Positions 38,190-52,100 of a stretch of DNA of 64,000 nt are shown here, in pieces; the stretch's first letter is position 1; each line of letters opens with the position of its first letter. The position numbers and the translations under genes are program-made. Under the pieces are notes generated by a model. That model had not been told where the DNA came from and did not search any database. It saw nothing but the letters and a program-made list of their open reading frames with translations. Origin of the DNA: Mustelus asterias (lineage: Eukaryota); NCBI RefSeq assembly GCF_964213995.1, contig NC_135804.1:69936001-70000000 (forward strand), written 5' to 3'.

Positions 38190-38625
38190 CTAGATTTGGG
38201 GCAGATTAGGCCTATACTCCCTTCAATTTAGAAGAATGAGATGGGGATCTAATTGAGGTGTACAAGTTGCTAAAGGACATCGATACGGTCGAAGTGGAGA
38301 GGATGTTTCCTCTTGTACGGCAATCTAGAACACGACGTCATAGTTTGAGGACAATGGGTAGCAGATTTAAAACAGAGACGAGGAGAAATTACGGGAGTCT
38401 GTGAAATTCACCACTCAAGATTTTAATGGGATGCTGGGACATTGACTAAGTTAAAGGAAGAAGTGGACAGCTTTTTAATTCGTAATGGTTTGAAGGGTTA
38501 TGGTGAACAGGCAGGAAAGTAAATTTTGAGGCCGAGATGAGATCAGCCGTGACCATATTAAAGGTGGAGCAGGCTCGAGGGCCCGAATTGCATATCCCTG
38601 CTCTTAGTTCATGATTCTTATGTAT
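38190..38625 (+). mobile_element. Decayed CR1 3' fragment
   Basis: RRMRWDLIEVYK-type sequence and tail. Confidence 0.7.
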
Positions 38626-38932
38626 GATTCATATGACTCAATGGCATTATTTCGAAGAAGAGCAGGGACGTTATCCTCTGTGTCTTAGTCAATGCCTTTG
38701 TTCCCCATCACTAAACAAATTATTAAGAATATATTGCGATTTGTAGGATCTTGCTCTGAACAGATTGGCTGCTGTGTTTCTCAAGTAACAACAGTGGCTG
38801 ACCGCACCATAACAAGCGTTTGAATGACAGCAAAACACGTCTCCGGGTCGCGAAATGCATTTTTTTCTATTCTAATAACTTACAATGAAGTAAAATTGGA
38901 ACTAATTATATTCCCAATCATTGATCTCACAG

Positions 38933-39100
38933 ACCAAGCAAAGACTACCCAATAATAAGCTGACGTATGCTGCTCTAGATATGATAGGGTCAAAGAAAGC
39001 AGCAAAGCCAAATCATAAGGATAAAAGCACGGAATATGCTGAGCTAAAGATGGAAAAACAAAGAGCAGGAGTTATCTACATCGAACCGAAAGCCACCTGA
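38933..39100 (+). CDS. Gene A exon 6: cytoplasmic tail with ITIM/ITSM-like motifs, stop codon
   Basis: ctcacag| phase 0; TKQRLPNNKLTYAALDMIGSKKAAKPNHKDKSTEYAELKMEKQRAGVIYIEPKAT*. Confidence 0.85.
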   Translation, partial: TKQRLPNNKLTYAALDMIGSKKAAKPNHKDKSTEYAELKMEKQRAGVIYIEPKAT

Positions 39101-39662
39101 TAATGGTGTCCAGTGCCTAACGTATGTTAGTTATGTATATATCTAAGGACAAGCCACTTACCATGACATCGAAAATCGACAAAGTAATAACAACTGTTCG
39201 GGGGAAAAGTGCAGGGTTCCATTTTAATAACAGGCGGCCTGGAACCACAAGCATTAATTCAGAAGTGGTGGCTACCCGTCACTGCTTTAAGAAGCTGTGG
39301 ATGAAATGGATTGTAAAACCTGAAATTTTGCTTGAACCGGCCACAGAACTCCGAGACCCAACATCTGATTAGTGTTGGCATTTGTATTTGGTATTTGCTG
39401 TTTATGTTGTTTGAGGTTTGTGCAGCTTAGGAAAGGGGTATGATTTAGCGCTCTTTCTGCGCTGATAAACCAGAGCCCGAAGATCTCGGAGAAACCAATA
39501 ACCGGGTTACTTGAAAATTGGCACGAACAGCAATCCCTGGGGACAGATATAAATCCTCCTTGGACAGTAGCACAAAACAGATGGTAAGCATAGGCAACAG
39601 GTTTTCGATTCTAATTACGTCCGGATTTAAGGATGGGATAGCATTCAAAGGAAACGTAATAC

Positions 39663-40905
39663 AAACAAAGAACAAGAACAAAGAACAATACAGCACAGGA
39701 ACAGGCCCTTCGGCCCTCCAAGCCCGCGCCGCTCCCGGTCCAGGATTGAATCCTGGATCCCCGCCCAATTTTCCAGCCTATCTACATCCTAATATCCTAT
39801 CCACCGAGCTGTCCCTCACAGCTACGATGCTTTGTTCATCACAACCTATTAACTCACCGCCACCCCCCCATTCCAGACCATGTGATCTCCAGGGAGAGGC
39901 GAAAACCCAGAGTGAAAACCCCAGGGCCAATATGGGGGAAAAAAAAATCTGGGAAATTCCTCTCCGACCCCCTGTGGCGATCGAAACTAGTCCAGGAGAT
40001 CACACTGGCCCTGATCAGAAAATGCTTCCCAACCCTATTCATTTCCACTTCTGCTTTACGAACACCATCTGAATTCCCTGCCCCCGAGACAGGTTCCCAA
40101 CTATCCGCAGTCTCGCTCTGTACTGGCACCAGCAAGATGATCATAGAATGAAGCCTTGAAACGAGAAACAAAGAGCAATTAGCCCGCGCTGCTCCCTGGT
40201 TCAAACTAGACCACTCTTTTGTATCCCTCCATTCCCACTCCGTTCATATAGCTGGCTAGATAAGTCTTAAACGTTCCCAGTGTGTCCGCCTCCACCACCT
40301 TGCCCGGCAACACATTCCAGGCCCCCACGACCCTCTGTGTAAAATATGTCCTTCTGATATCTGTGTTAAACCTCCCCCCCTTCACCTTGAACCTATGACC
40401 CCTCGTGAACGTCACCACCGACCCGGGGAAAAGCTTCCCACCGTTCACCCTATCTATGCCTTTCATAATTTTATACACCTCTATTAAGTCTCCCCTCATC
40501 CTCCGTCTTTCCAAGGAGAACAACCCCAGTTTCCCCAATCTCTCCTCATAACCAAGCGCCTCCATACCAGGCAACATCCTGGTAAACCTCCTCTGTACTC
40601 TCTCCAAAACCTCCACGTCCTTCTGGTAGTGTGGTGACCAGAACTGGACGCAGTATTCCAAATGCGGCCGAACCAACGTTCTATACATCTGCAACATCAG
40701 ACCCCAACTTTTATACTCTATGCCCCGTCCTATAAAGGCAAGCATGCCATATGCCTTCTTCACCACCTTCTCCACCTGTGACGTCACCTTCAAAGATCTG
40801 TGGACTTGCACACCCAGGTCCCTCTGCGTCTCTACACTCTTTATGGTTCTTCCATTTATCGTGTAGCTCCTCCCTACATTATTCCCACCAAAATGCATCA
40901 CTTCG
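39663..40905 (-). mobile_element. Young 5'-truncated CR1 with extended 3' UTR
   Basis: Open ORF2 C-terminus 40206-40905; (TGTTCTT)n tail near 39663-39690. Confidence 0.9.
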
Positions 40906-42887
40906 CAAACGAATGAGCCAGAAAGAAACAACTAATGAAATATGATTTAGATTGCGCTTTGCGCAAACTCAGCTGCTCCCAAACGCCGTCACACTGAAGT
41001 CATTTTCAAGTGTAGTCAAAATTGTCGGATTGGGAATGTCAGTAACAGCACAGCAGGATCCCACAGATGTACGATTAGCTAACTGTTCCAGTGGTCTTTT
41101 TTGACAGTTAACTATTGGCCGGGACACGAGGAGAACGTTGTTGTTCTTCTGCAGACAGTGGAAGTCCGATGGGTGCTCTGACATAAATTCCTTCCAATCT
41201 ATCGAGAGAATGGCTTGCAATTAACTTTCTTCCATCTCCTGCAACGAAACATTTGGTGGCACCTAACATTGCCTGACTTCATCATTGTCTCAGCTCATTT
41301 GCTGCAGACACATTCATTCATGCCTTTGATAACAGACTAGGCTGTCCCGATTCTTGTAGTTTCCTCACATTCTGTCCTGTGTAAAATTGAGGTCGTCCAA
41401 AACATGGCATTCCATGTGATAGCTTCCAGCAATATCGTTCTCTTATCATTCCCGTACTGGCTAAATCACATTGGTTCCCGGTTTCGTGATTTAAAACTCC
41501 CCATCTTTGTTTTTAAATCCCCTCTGTCATATTTCTGCAACCTCCAACAATCCCCCAAAAGATCTGAGTTCCACTGATTCCAGCGTCTTGTTTCAACTCC
41601 AGTTTACAACTATTGCCTCGGCCCAAACTACGGGATTTTCTCTCTCCACCTCTCCGGTTCTCTTCCTCCTTTTCAGCTTTTAAAACAGTCATTCAAACCT
41701 ATGCCTTCGAACAAATTTTCGTAATTTGACCTAACTTCTCCACATGTGGTTGGCTGTTATTCTCTGTTTCATAAAGCTCCAGTGAAGCACCTTGGGATAT
41801 TAAACATGCCCTCTAAATTTCAGTGGTGATTGTTGTTATGGTGGTACTGCTTCCTGCATTTAGTTTGAAAGTTTGTACAAAAATGAATTACATATTTTTT
41901 CAAAGATAGCTAAATGCAGAATTCGAAAGGAAATCCAAGCAATAGCACCAGAGGGCAAAATATCACAAAACAAATACAAATAGTTTCGTTTTTTAGAAAA
42001 TGTATTTTGGAATGTAAGGTTTTTTACTCAGAAGATAAATAGCCATTCAAAAGGGGCAAAAGAGGCGCAACCGTTAGGTGTATTATACATATGCGTCGAT
42101 GATGGACTATTGGCGCGACAAGTCTCGATGGCCGATTGGTCTTTACTGGCGTTTTTCCTTTTTTTTACTTTGTTATTATGAATTTATCTATAACTTAATT
42201 TCCAATTTATCACTGTTATTCGAGTGTTAATATTCAGAGATGAAAAGTATATGATAGATTATATAACATGGATGTAGTTCGTTGAGTTTCTTTTTTCATA
42301 ATATGTATTCTTCTTACATTATATGAAATTGTCAGGTAAAGATAATGTATATCATATTGCTTTCTGAGACACTTCCAGGTTGCAGTTGCTGTAACATTAA
42401 ATTTGCAGATAATTTATCAACATTCGCATCAAAAATTTTTTAAAGAAATGTAAAAATGTTAAGCAAAAATCATGCAATTGAATAACAAGATATCAGCACG
42501 AAAATTCAACCGTGGTTTAATCAGGAAGTTAAGGGTAGTATTAGACTTTTTAAAGAGGTTTATGAAGTTGCATAGAATAGTGATATATCTTGGACTGGAA
42601 GTGTTTTGGAAACCATCAAAGGTGTTTAAAATGTTGATTTTAAAAGCGAAAAAAATAGATTATGAGAGCAAACGATCAAGGAATGTAAAAACAATTTGGA
42701 AGCGCTGTTACAAGTGTATAAAACGCAAGAGGATAGTTATCTTATTACGAGAGATATAATAAAAGAGGAGGGAGTATTTGCTCTAGTTATATAGGGCATT
42801 GGTTCAGCCACATTCTGAGTTCCGTTTACAGTAAGATATAAATACCTTGGAAGCACTTCAGAGAAGGTTTACTACATTAATAGCTGG

Positions 42888-43322
42888 AACAAAGAACAAA
42901 GAACAGTACAGCACAGGAAACAGGCCCTTCGGCCCTCCAAGCCTGTGCCGCTCCTTGGTCCAACTAGACCAATCGTTTGTATCCCTCCATTCCCAGGCTG
43001 CTCATGTGACTATCCAGGTAAGTCTTAAACGATGTCAGCATGCCTGCCTCCACCACCCTACTTGGCAGCGCATTCCAGGCCCCCACCACCCTCTGTGTAA
43101 AAAACGTCCCTCTGATGTCTGAGTTATACTTCGCCCCTCTCAGCTTGAGCCTGTGACCCCTCGTGATCGTCACCTCCGACCTGGGAAAAAGCTTCCCACT
43201 GTTCACCCTATCTATACCCTTCATAATCTTGTATACCTCTATTAGATCTCCCCTCATTCTCCGTCTTTCCAAGGAGAACAACCCCGTCTACCCAATCTCT
43301 CCTCATAGCTAAGACCCTCCAT
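42888..43322 (-). mobile_element. Young CR1 3' fragment nested in an older + strand CR1 (~42700-43770)
   Basis: ORF2 C-terminus and tail; flanks continue EALQRRFTTLIAG...YQVEFRR. Confidence 0.85.
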
Positions 43323-44692
43323 GGATGCGTTACCTTTTGAAAAAAGGCTGGACAGACGAGGCTTGTATCAGGTGGAGTTTAGAAGAGTAAAAGGCGACTT
43401 GATTGAAACAGAATATACTGAGGGGACTTGACAGGGTAGATCTGGAAAGAATGATTATTCTTGTGGGAGAATCTAAAACTTGGGTCACTGTTTAAAAATA
43501 AGGGGTCTCCAATTTAAGGCAGAGATTAAAAAGAAATGTCTCAAGGGATGTGAGACTTTGAAATATCTCTTGCTCAATTAAGTGTTTTGGCAGTGTCCTT
43601 GAATATCTTTAAGGCAGCGGTAAGTAGTTTCATGGTAAGAAATGGGGTGAAAAGGTACAAGGGGAAGGACAGAATGCTGTTTCGAGGTTAAAATCGGATC
43701 AGCAATGATCTCAATGCATTTTGGGGAGGGGCCGAGTTACCCATTTTAGCTCCTGATTCCGATGTTTGCAAGTTCGTCTTCAACAAATAGCTGGTTGTCT
43801 GTATTCACAGCAGGAAACACAAGTTGCATATCAGAAATGAAGGGCAAAATAGGTGCTAAATGCGCGCGAAACCTACGGTTGTTAATAACAGCAAAGAGCC
43901 AAGGCCCGAGAAAATTAAATGGATGAAAATCCGGGAAATCTTCACGCCTGCACTGGAAGGTTTTAAAAGTCACGGCTGCAGAGATTCGGGACGCGCTGTC
44001 CATGAGTTTTGAAACTTCTCTCAATACTGGAAAGGTGCCAACAGGTTGGATGTTGATAAATATAACACCAGTAAAAACTGGAATTGAAGCCCAAGATCAG
44101 CCATTATCGTGTTGAAGATAATTGGCAGTTTCGATGGACCTTATAGTGTACTCCTGTTCTTGTATTATTGATCCAGGCTGTAAGATGCACATGCTGTTGT
44201 GTAAACATTCCACAGACATCGCCGTGCAGGGCCCTGATTATTTTTGTGGGTCTTACCTGCAGAACGAGGGCTGAAGGTGTGGCGGCGTCAACTCAAGGGT
44301 CTTAAATAGATCATGAGGAACTGGGGGAAATATCAGACTGCGTTTCCTGATCTTGTGCAGAGTTTATAATATAATAAGCAAGGAAAGTGAGAATGCCGGA
44401 CCAATGCCGAGGCTTTTGGTGAAGCACATTAAGCTTGAAGAAATATAGAGAAATAACAGGACAGGAAAAGCAAAGATGACTACGTAGTGCCTTTCAACCC
44501 ATCGGAACTGCAACCCACCCTCCCCCACTATCACCCCCACCCCTCCCGCTCCACACACCCAAGTCTCCCAGCCCACCCCACCCCCCGCTTACACACCCCC
44601 GAACTATCCACATCCCGAAAAAAACAAGGAAACTTTTCAAACAATGAAGTATGCCCGACGCATTATTACGGAACTGTAGAAAACACTTCGAC

Positions 44693-45576
44693 TTAGAACA
44701 TAGAACATTACAGCGCAGTACAGGCCCTTCGGCCCTCGATGTTGCGCCGAACAGTGGTACCAAACTAAAGCCCCTCTAATCGACACTATTCCAATATCAT
44801 CCATATGTTTATCCAATAACCACTTGAACGCTCTCAACGTTGACGAGTCCACCTTTGCTGCAGGCAGGGCATTCCACGCCCTTACTACTCTCTGAGTAAA
44901 GAACCTACCTCTAACATCTGTCCTATATCTCTCACCCCTCAATTTAAAGCTATGTCCCGTCGTGCTTGCCAACACCATTCGAGGAAAAAGGCTCTCACTA
45001 TCCACCCTATCTGATCCTCTGATTATCTTGTATGCCTCTATTAAGTCACCTCTTAACCTTCTTCTCTCTAACGAAAACAACCTCAAGCCCCTCAGCCTTT
45101 CCTCATACAATTTTCCCACCATACCAGGCAACATCCTGGTAAATCTCCTCTGCACCCTTTCCAACACTTCCACATCTTTCCTATAATACGGCGACCAGAA
45201 CTGTACGCAATACTCCAAATGCGGCTGCACCAGAGTTTTGTACAGTTGCAGCATGACCTCCTGGCTCCGAAACTCAATCCCTCTACCAATAAAAGCTAAC
45301 ACACCGCACGCCTTCTTAACAACCTTATCAACCTGGGTGCCAACTTTCAGGGATCTATGCACATGGACACCCAGATCCCTCTGTTCATCCACACTACCAA
45401 GTATCTTACCATTAGCCCAGTATTCTGTATTCCTGTTACTCCTTCCAAAGTGAATCACCTCACACTTTTCCGCATTAAACTCCATTTGCCACCTCTCAGC
45501 CCAGCTCTGCAGCTTATCTATGTCCCTCTGTAACCTGCCACTTCCCTCCGCACTGTCTACAACTCCACCGACTTAG
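44693..45576 (-). mobile_element. Young 5'-truncated CR1
   Basis: Open reading frame MEFNAEKC...RPHLEYC-type...FFTQRVV; tail tgttctatgttctaag. Confidence 0.9.
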
Positions 45577-46064
45577 TTGACCACATCATCTTCCTTCAAT
45601 ATTTCTTCACTTCGTCTAACTAGATTGAATGTAGTTACCGTGTTCCATTGTTAACTATCTAATTCATGGCCAGAATATCGCCTTAATTTGACATTTCTTT
45701 CCTTGATACCCCCAAAGAACGACACTTGACATTTACTCTCTTTGACTTACATATAACCCGTCAACAAAGCCATCCAAAAATATAGCGTTGGTTTGAACAT
45801 GTACACTGGAAATGTCCGGCTGGACCTCAGTATTCCAGTTCGCTCTAATCCCTGTTCTTGCGTGACATCCAGTACTGGATAAACATAAATTGCCTTGGAT
45901 TCGGAAGATGGAAGCTATTGCCTTGAGTCACTATTACAAACTCCATTCAATTGGTACCATTTCCACCACTCTCCCGGGCAAATGTCTGAGGCGGAACCGG
46001 ACTGTCCACTAAACTTGTGACATCTTGAACCGAGAAACTAACATCTGGCAAAACATCCACGGCA

Positions 46065-46312
46065 TCATGGAATCCCGACAGGAGACCATTCGACCCATTG
46101 AGCCTGCGCCCAGGCCCCATCCTCGTAAACTGCACGCATTTATCTTGCTAAGCCCCATGACAATCAACCTAACCTGCATATCTTTGGAGTGTGGGAAGAG
46201 ACTGGAACATCCGGAGGAAACCCATGCAGACCCAGGAAGAATGTGCAAACTGAACCTGCGTCCTTGGCGCTGTGAGGCAGTAGTGCTAACCATTGTGCCA
46301 CCGTGCCGCCCA
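46065..46312 (-). mobile_element. V-domain SINE, diverged
   Basis: Same family motifs with deletions. Confidence 0.75.
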
Positions 46313-46618
46313 TTAAGACATTTCGCAACGTTGTCCTTACTTCAGTTCATCTGCTGATGAAACAAACCGTCAGCCAACGCTGCCTAGACTGTTACAACGC
46401 GCTCCTGAACATTCTGCAATTTTCTACCCTCCGTAAACTCGAGGTCATCTAAAACTCTGCTCTCCATGCCGTTACTCACACCAAGTCCAGTTCACCCATT
46501 ACCCCTGTGCTAACTGACCAAATTACTTTCTGATTGAGCAATATCTCACATTCATCCTTTTTATCCTTGTTTTCCTTCTATGACCTCGCTCTTCCTTATC
46601 TCTGTTCTCTCCTCCGGC

Positions 46619-49154
46619 CAGTGCTGGATTTAGACTTGGTGAGGCCCGAAGTTATATAAAGATTGGAGGCCCCTTGTTAAAAAGTTACACCAAAAGGTCT
46701 CACAAAGGTGCGTACCAAAACAAGTCTCTTTACCTGTGAAAATGACCTTTCTCCTGAACAATTTGTTACCATCAGGCATAAGAATAGTTGTAATATTGCT
46801 TCCACATTAGGGAAAACTAAATGACCCTTGTCTTGGAAGATGATTTGATACAGATCATTGTGGCAAATTTGTTATTTTCCTGGATAATTCTGTTTGACAT
46901 AAGCATGGGAGTGCTTCAGTTCCCCCGTAAGGTGAATATCAACATCGTTTGGATACTCTTTCATCAAAGTGTCTACTGCTTCACGCAACTGTGCCTCTGA
47001 AGCTTCTAAATCAACTAAAAATGAAATTTTGTTTGCAGCATAATTGTAGGCTGTTGCTCTTCTTCTCAAGTTTGCTTCAAGGACATCGATTATAGGAATG
47101 AAGGATTTCACTCAAAATCTGTCTCTTGGAGACAGCTCTTCATCAGCATCAGGTGCAGCTCCTTCGGAGGCTTGTTTTTTTTTCCTCACCCTCCTCCCTT
47201 TCTCTGCACACTTGTAATCTACATCAGGCAGTTTGGATTTAGCTTCTTGTTCAATATCATCACTGTTTTCTCGAATATTTTTCACAAAGTGGGAAAGTGA
47301 TGTGTACAGATTCGCACATGCGGTAAGTGCAATCTGTGGATCCTGGAGAGCCTTGCTGGTTTTGTGAAACTCCTCCAGCAAACGAGTCCAAAGGTGTAGC
47401 ATAAAAACAAACTCCAGTTTCTCCATTTTTTTCCAGAAGAGTACCAGCTTGTCTTCCTGTCTCACCTTTTTCATTCTCATTAGTATGGAGATGACTTAGA
47501 GCATCGATGATTGATCTGTAACTCTCATTTATGGTAGACACAGCTTTGGCATGTGCATCCCACCTAGTGTCGGACAGATACTTAACATACTTTGGCACAC
47601 TGGAGTCTGCATTCAAGAATGATAACAACACAGCCCACCTTTTTTGTAGAAGATGAAAAAAAGTGTATATTTCTTGCACAACAGCAAAAAGGTTTACTGC
47701 ATCTAAACAGCAATCTACTGTAGCACGGCCAACAAGATTTAGTGAATGTCCGGCACAGGGAATATACATGGCATGCTTGTTTTTCTCTAGAATTCTTTGC
47801 TGCATTCCTTTGTATTTACCAGCCATATTTGCTGCATTATCATATGACTGTCCTCGGCACTTACTGAAATCAACTTTGCAGACTTTACTTAGATAGTCCA
47901 CTACCATACCCGCCATACTTTCACCACTGTGATTTTCCAACTCTGGGAAAGTTAGAAAGCATTCAACAGGTAAACCATCATCAGGTGATACATATCTTAC
48001 TATAACATTTAGTTGATCCACGTGGGAAAGATCTGGTGTCGAGTCCACAGACAAACTGAAGTAGCCTGCTTTTCTCAAATCATCCAAAACTGATTCTCTT
48101 ACTCTATTACTCATAAGCTGAATAAGTTCATCACATATTGTCTTAGATGAATATGAAGGAGACCCAGATCCTCTGTTTCCATATTGTTTTATGTGGTTGG
48201 AAAGAAATGGATCAAACTTAGCAAATAATTCTAACAGGCCAAGGTAGTTGCCATTATTTGGTGATCCAAAAGTTTCATTGTCTCCCCTAAAAGCTAGCCC
48301 ACGTTCTGCTAATGTGCATATCACTGCAACAACACGCTCAAGCACATGTCTCCAGTACTGTTGTTCTGTTTTTATTTGTGCTGCTAGTCTTGAGTCTAAG
48401 GTTGAACCACACTTTCTTGTCAAGTATGTCAGCAAAGCTGTTCTATGCTCTTCAGAGTTTTCATGACATTTAACTGCAATGGGATTTCACCAGTCAGAAA
48501 ACCCACCAGAAGCTAGTGCTGCAGTTGATGTTGAATAGAGCTTGCTGACAAAGCAGTAAACACAGCGAGTTGTTGGGGAGTACACAAGCCATTCCCGATC
48601 GGATATTTCACCATTAAATTTTCTGGACTGAAAATGACCTTTTGAACAATATCTATCTTGATTTTTGAATGGCCACTTTGAGTTTTCAAATGGGCCGTTC
48701 CAGCGTTGACACTCTGAAGGATCCTTAAGGATCCAATATGAGAGTTCATCCTCGGTTAAGACACCCCATTGACCTACAACATTGAGTTTCGTGAATTTTG
48801 TTGTTTCAGCTGTGGATGTCGGCTCTGCAACGTTCACATTTGCATCACTTCCAGTGCTTTCCTCAGCTGAGATTCCAGACTCTGTTGCCTCAGTAGCAGA
48901 GGCACTAGGCTGTGGTTGTTTGGACTTTGCTGATCACCTTGGGTTTGTGGATCCTTATCTGTTTCTGGAGTAAAGTAACTGTCAACTTTTGGTACTTTTT
49001 TGAGTTGCTCTTCAAGCTGGTGCTTTCTTTTCTTTTCTGGTATCCACTCTTAAATGCTCTCTTCATTGTAAACCTTCTGAAATTTTGTGGGGCCCCTGCG
49101 GATTGTGAGGCCCTAAGCTGTAGCTTGTTTAGCTTATGCCTAAATCCGGCACTG
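46619..49154 (-). mobile_element. hAT DNA transposon (ZMYM1/DUF4371-like transposase), decayed
   Basis: TIRs CAGTG(C)(T/C)GGATTTAG at both ends; 8-bp TSD cctccggc/cctcttgc (6/8); inserted in an L2-like fragment. Confidence 0.85.
46700..49066 (-). pseudogene. hAT transposase, frameshifted
   Basis: WLVYS..VYCF, LAFRG, GNYLGLLEL, VDSTPD, GQSYDNAANM, PCAGHSLNL, TRW across several frames. Confidence 0.85.
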
Positions 49155-52100
49155 CCTCTTGCCCACAATCCTCCGTGCTATCGGTACTCGCCCAGTTCTG
49201 ACCCCTTGAACACCTCCATTGCTCCGTCATCAGCAGCCTTGACTTTGGCTGCTTGAGTCCTAAGGTCAAAAATTGCTTTCCTAAATATCTCCGACTCTCT
49301 GATTCCCTTTCCTTGTTTAAGATCCATCGCAATGTTGGTTAAGGCTTTCTTCACAGGCCCTGACTTCGCCTTATGTTACTTGGTGTAAATTTGTGTTTAA
49401 TGCCACTCTTAGAAGACATCTAGGGGCGTTTGATTACGTTAAAGGCACAATATAAATAGAAACTGTTTTGTTGCTAACTAGGCCTGTGGACGTAAAAATC
49501 ATCATGACTTTAAGGGACGCATACACTTACAACTGCACCAGCGGTTTATGAATAGCAAAAATACCGATGTCATCACTCCGAAATGCTACCACGATAGTCT
49601 CGAATAAATAGCAACAGATGGATTTCTCTGCAGAAGCAACAGGGTAGAATAATACATCTCTTACTGCTTGCCTGCACAATGTTTTACGACTTAATCTGAC
49701 CTTTTACCAAAACTGGGATGTGGTTTCTGTTTAACTGATAACTGTTACCCAACATTTATTTTATCATCGTCGTTGACGTATAGGTAAAGATAGTTTTTAG
49801 AACCTCGCTGGCATCAAAAAATGGGCCTATTGCAACATAATGGAAACATTTCATATAGCTAGCAACTGTAACCACCTTTCAATGCAGATTTGATAACTAA
49901 CTTATGTTCACACATCGAGAGCAATTTAATTCTGTCTGACTTTAAATGAGTTAGTTTAACAGCTGCAACTGTCCACATGAACAATTTTATCGATTAGGTT
50001 TGAAACTCTCAAATCTAGAACCAAATTGGGGGGGGGGGGGGGAATGGGAAGTACATTCAGGTACAGAAAGCTGAATACCTCAGGGAACCTAGAGGAACAT
50101 AGAAAATCTAAAAGACGAATTTTAAAAATAGGAAAGAAAAAGGAGTTTGAAAAATAATTGACAATGAAAGTCAAGAAAACGTAAACATGTTTGGAGTTCC
50201 ATACTGAGTAATATGATAACTCAGGTAAACTCGAGCAAAAAGTTAACCTGCGTGTGGAGCTGGATTGCGTGGACATTCTTCTTACTTTATACTCCGTGTC
50301 TGCTTCACAAAACAGAATGCAATGCATAGCACCTGTGCTTCCAGTGTACCAGATGCCAACTCAGAATAATTTCAAGTTCAGGAGAAGGCATTTCTTATTA
50401 ATTGGATGTGGTAGTCGCTGGCTCGGTCAGCATTTATTGCCCATCCCTAATTGATCTTGGGTTGAGCGGTTTGCTATGCCATTTCTGAGGGCATTTAAGA
50501 GTCAACCACATTGCTGTTTATGTTTAGTCACATGTAGGCGAGACCAGGTAAGGGTGCCGATTCCCTTCCCTTAAAGACAAGTACGAAATATTGGATTGCA
50601 TAAACGTTGTGACAGCATGGTCCCACAGCAGAATTTGTGTGGTTTTGAGGGGAACTTGCAAGGAGACATGCTCCGATGTGATTATTGCCCATAATCCTTT
50701 TGGTGATAGAGGTCTTGATTTTAGAAAATGTTGTTGATGTTGTATGGGTTGTTACTGTGAATGGTGCACCTTGCTGTCACTTTGCGCCTGTCGTGGAGAG
50801 AGTGAATGCTTAAGGTGGCGACAGGCTGCATCAAACGGAATGCTTTTTACTGGATGATGTCGATCTTTTTTGTGTTGTTGGAGTTGCATTTATCCAAGCA
50901 AGTGAAGATAATTCCATCATACGCCTAACCTGTGACTTGTAGCTGGTAGACAGACGTTGCAAGCCAGGACGTCGGTAATTCCCCACATAACTCCCAATCT
51001 CTGATTTGTTCCTGTAGTCACGGTATTTATATAACTAGTCCAATTATTTTCAGTTCACTGTTGATCTGAATCATGATGGTACTGGGGCCTCTGTGATAAC
51101 ATTAAAAGTCCCAGGGAGATGCCTAAATTCTCTTTACTCGAGATGTCCATTGTGTGAAGTTGTGTCACTCAATTGTCTATTTCTGTTGTGCAGGCCAGGC
51201 CTCAGAACCGTCCTGTCCTTGCGATTGGGGGAATGGACAGCTTTAGTAACTAAACAGCTGTGAATGTGCAGAAATAACGGATTGAGCAGCGAATGCCTCC
51301 AATCTTATGATGTATAGCCATTTCTGAACCGACAGCAGAATCAGTGAGTCAATAAATTAGTTCAACATCAACTTGTCAATGAACGGGCAATGAATGAAAA
51401 GTGATGAAGGAATTGCAGATCCTTCGGCAAAAAGTTGGAAGAAAATAAGGGACAGGACAGGCACTGGGTCATGAAGAACACCTAAGCTTAGATATTTTAG
51501 GAGAAGGCCATAGCTGAGAAAGTTGATAGAATCTGTTTGAGTAGCTAACTAGAAGGGTGAAATATATTGACTTCTTTAGTGTATGGTCTACGTCGATTTT
51601 GATATGACGTTTGGACAGATCTCACATGTCAGATTGACCAAAAAAAAAGAACCCATTGTATCCAGGGAAAAGTGGCAAGTTAGTGCCAAAATGGACTCAG
51701 TGGCAGGCAACCAAGGGTAATGTTTGACTGCCATTTCTGGGACTTGAGCAATAATTTCCCGTGATGTTCCAAAGAGTTCAACGCTGATCCCTTTCTGTTG
51801 GTTGTAATTAACAATGACTCAATCTTAAATATTGGCGGAGGGGGCATGATTAAGAAGTTTTCAAGTAGTACAAAAACGTCTTCGTATGGTTGATTGTGTG
51901 GATGAAAAGTTTAAATTGCGGGAAAATCTAAATGGGCTCGCTAGATGGCCAGGAAACTGTTAAATGGAATACAAATGAAAAACAAGGCAAACAAATACAC
52001 AATAAATAAACTCTTACTGAGAAGTATGAAGAGGAACACAGGAACCTTGGAGAATATGTCCGTAGACATCTGAAATTAACAGAACAGTCAGGTAGGTAGG

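Noticed and set aside
46872-48837. Host ZMYM1-like gene
   Set aside because: Intronless, frameshifted, enclosed by TIRs and TSD
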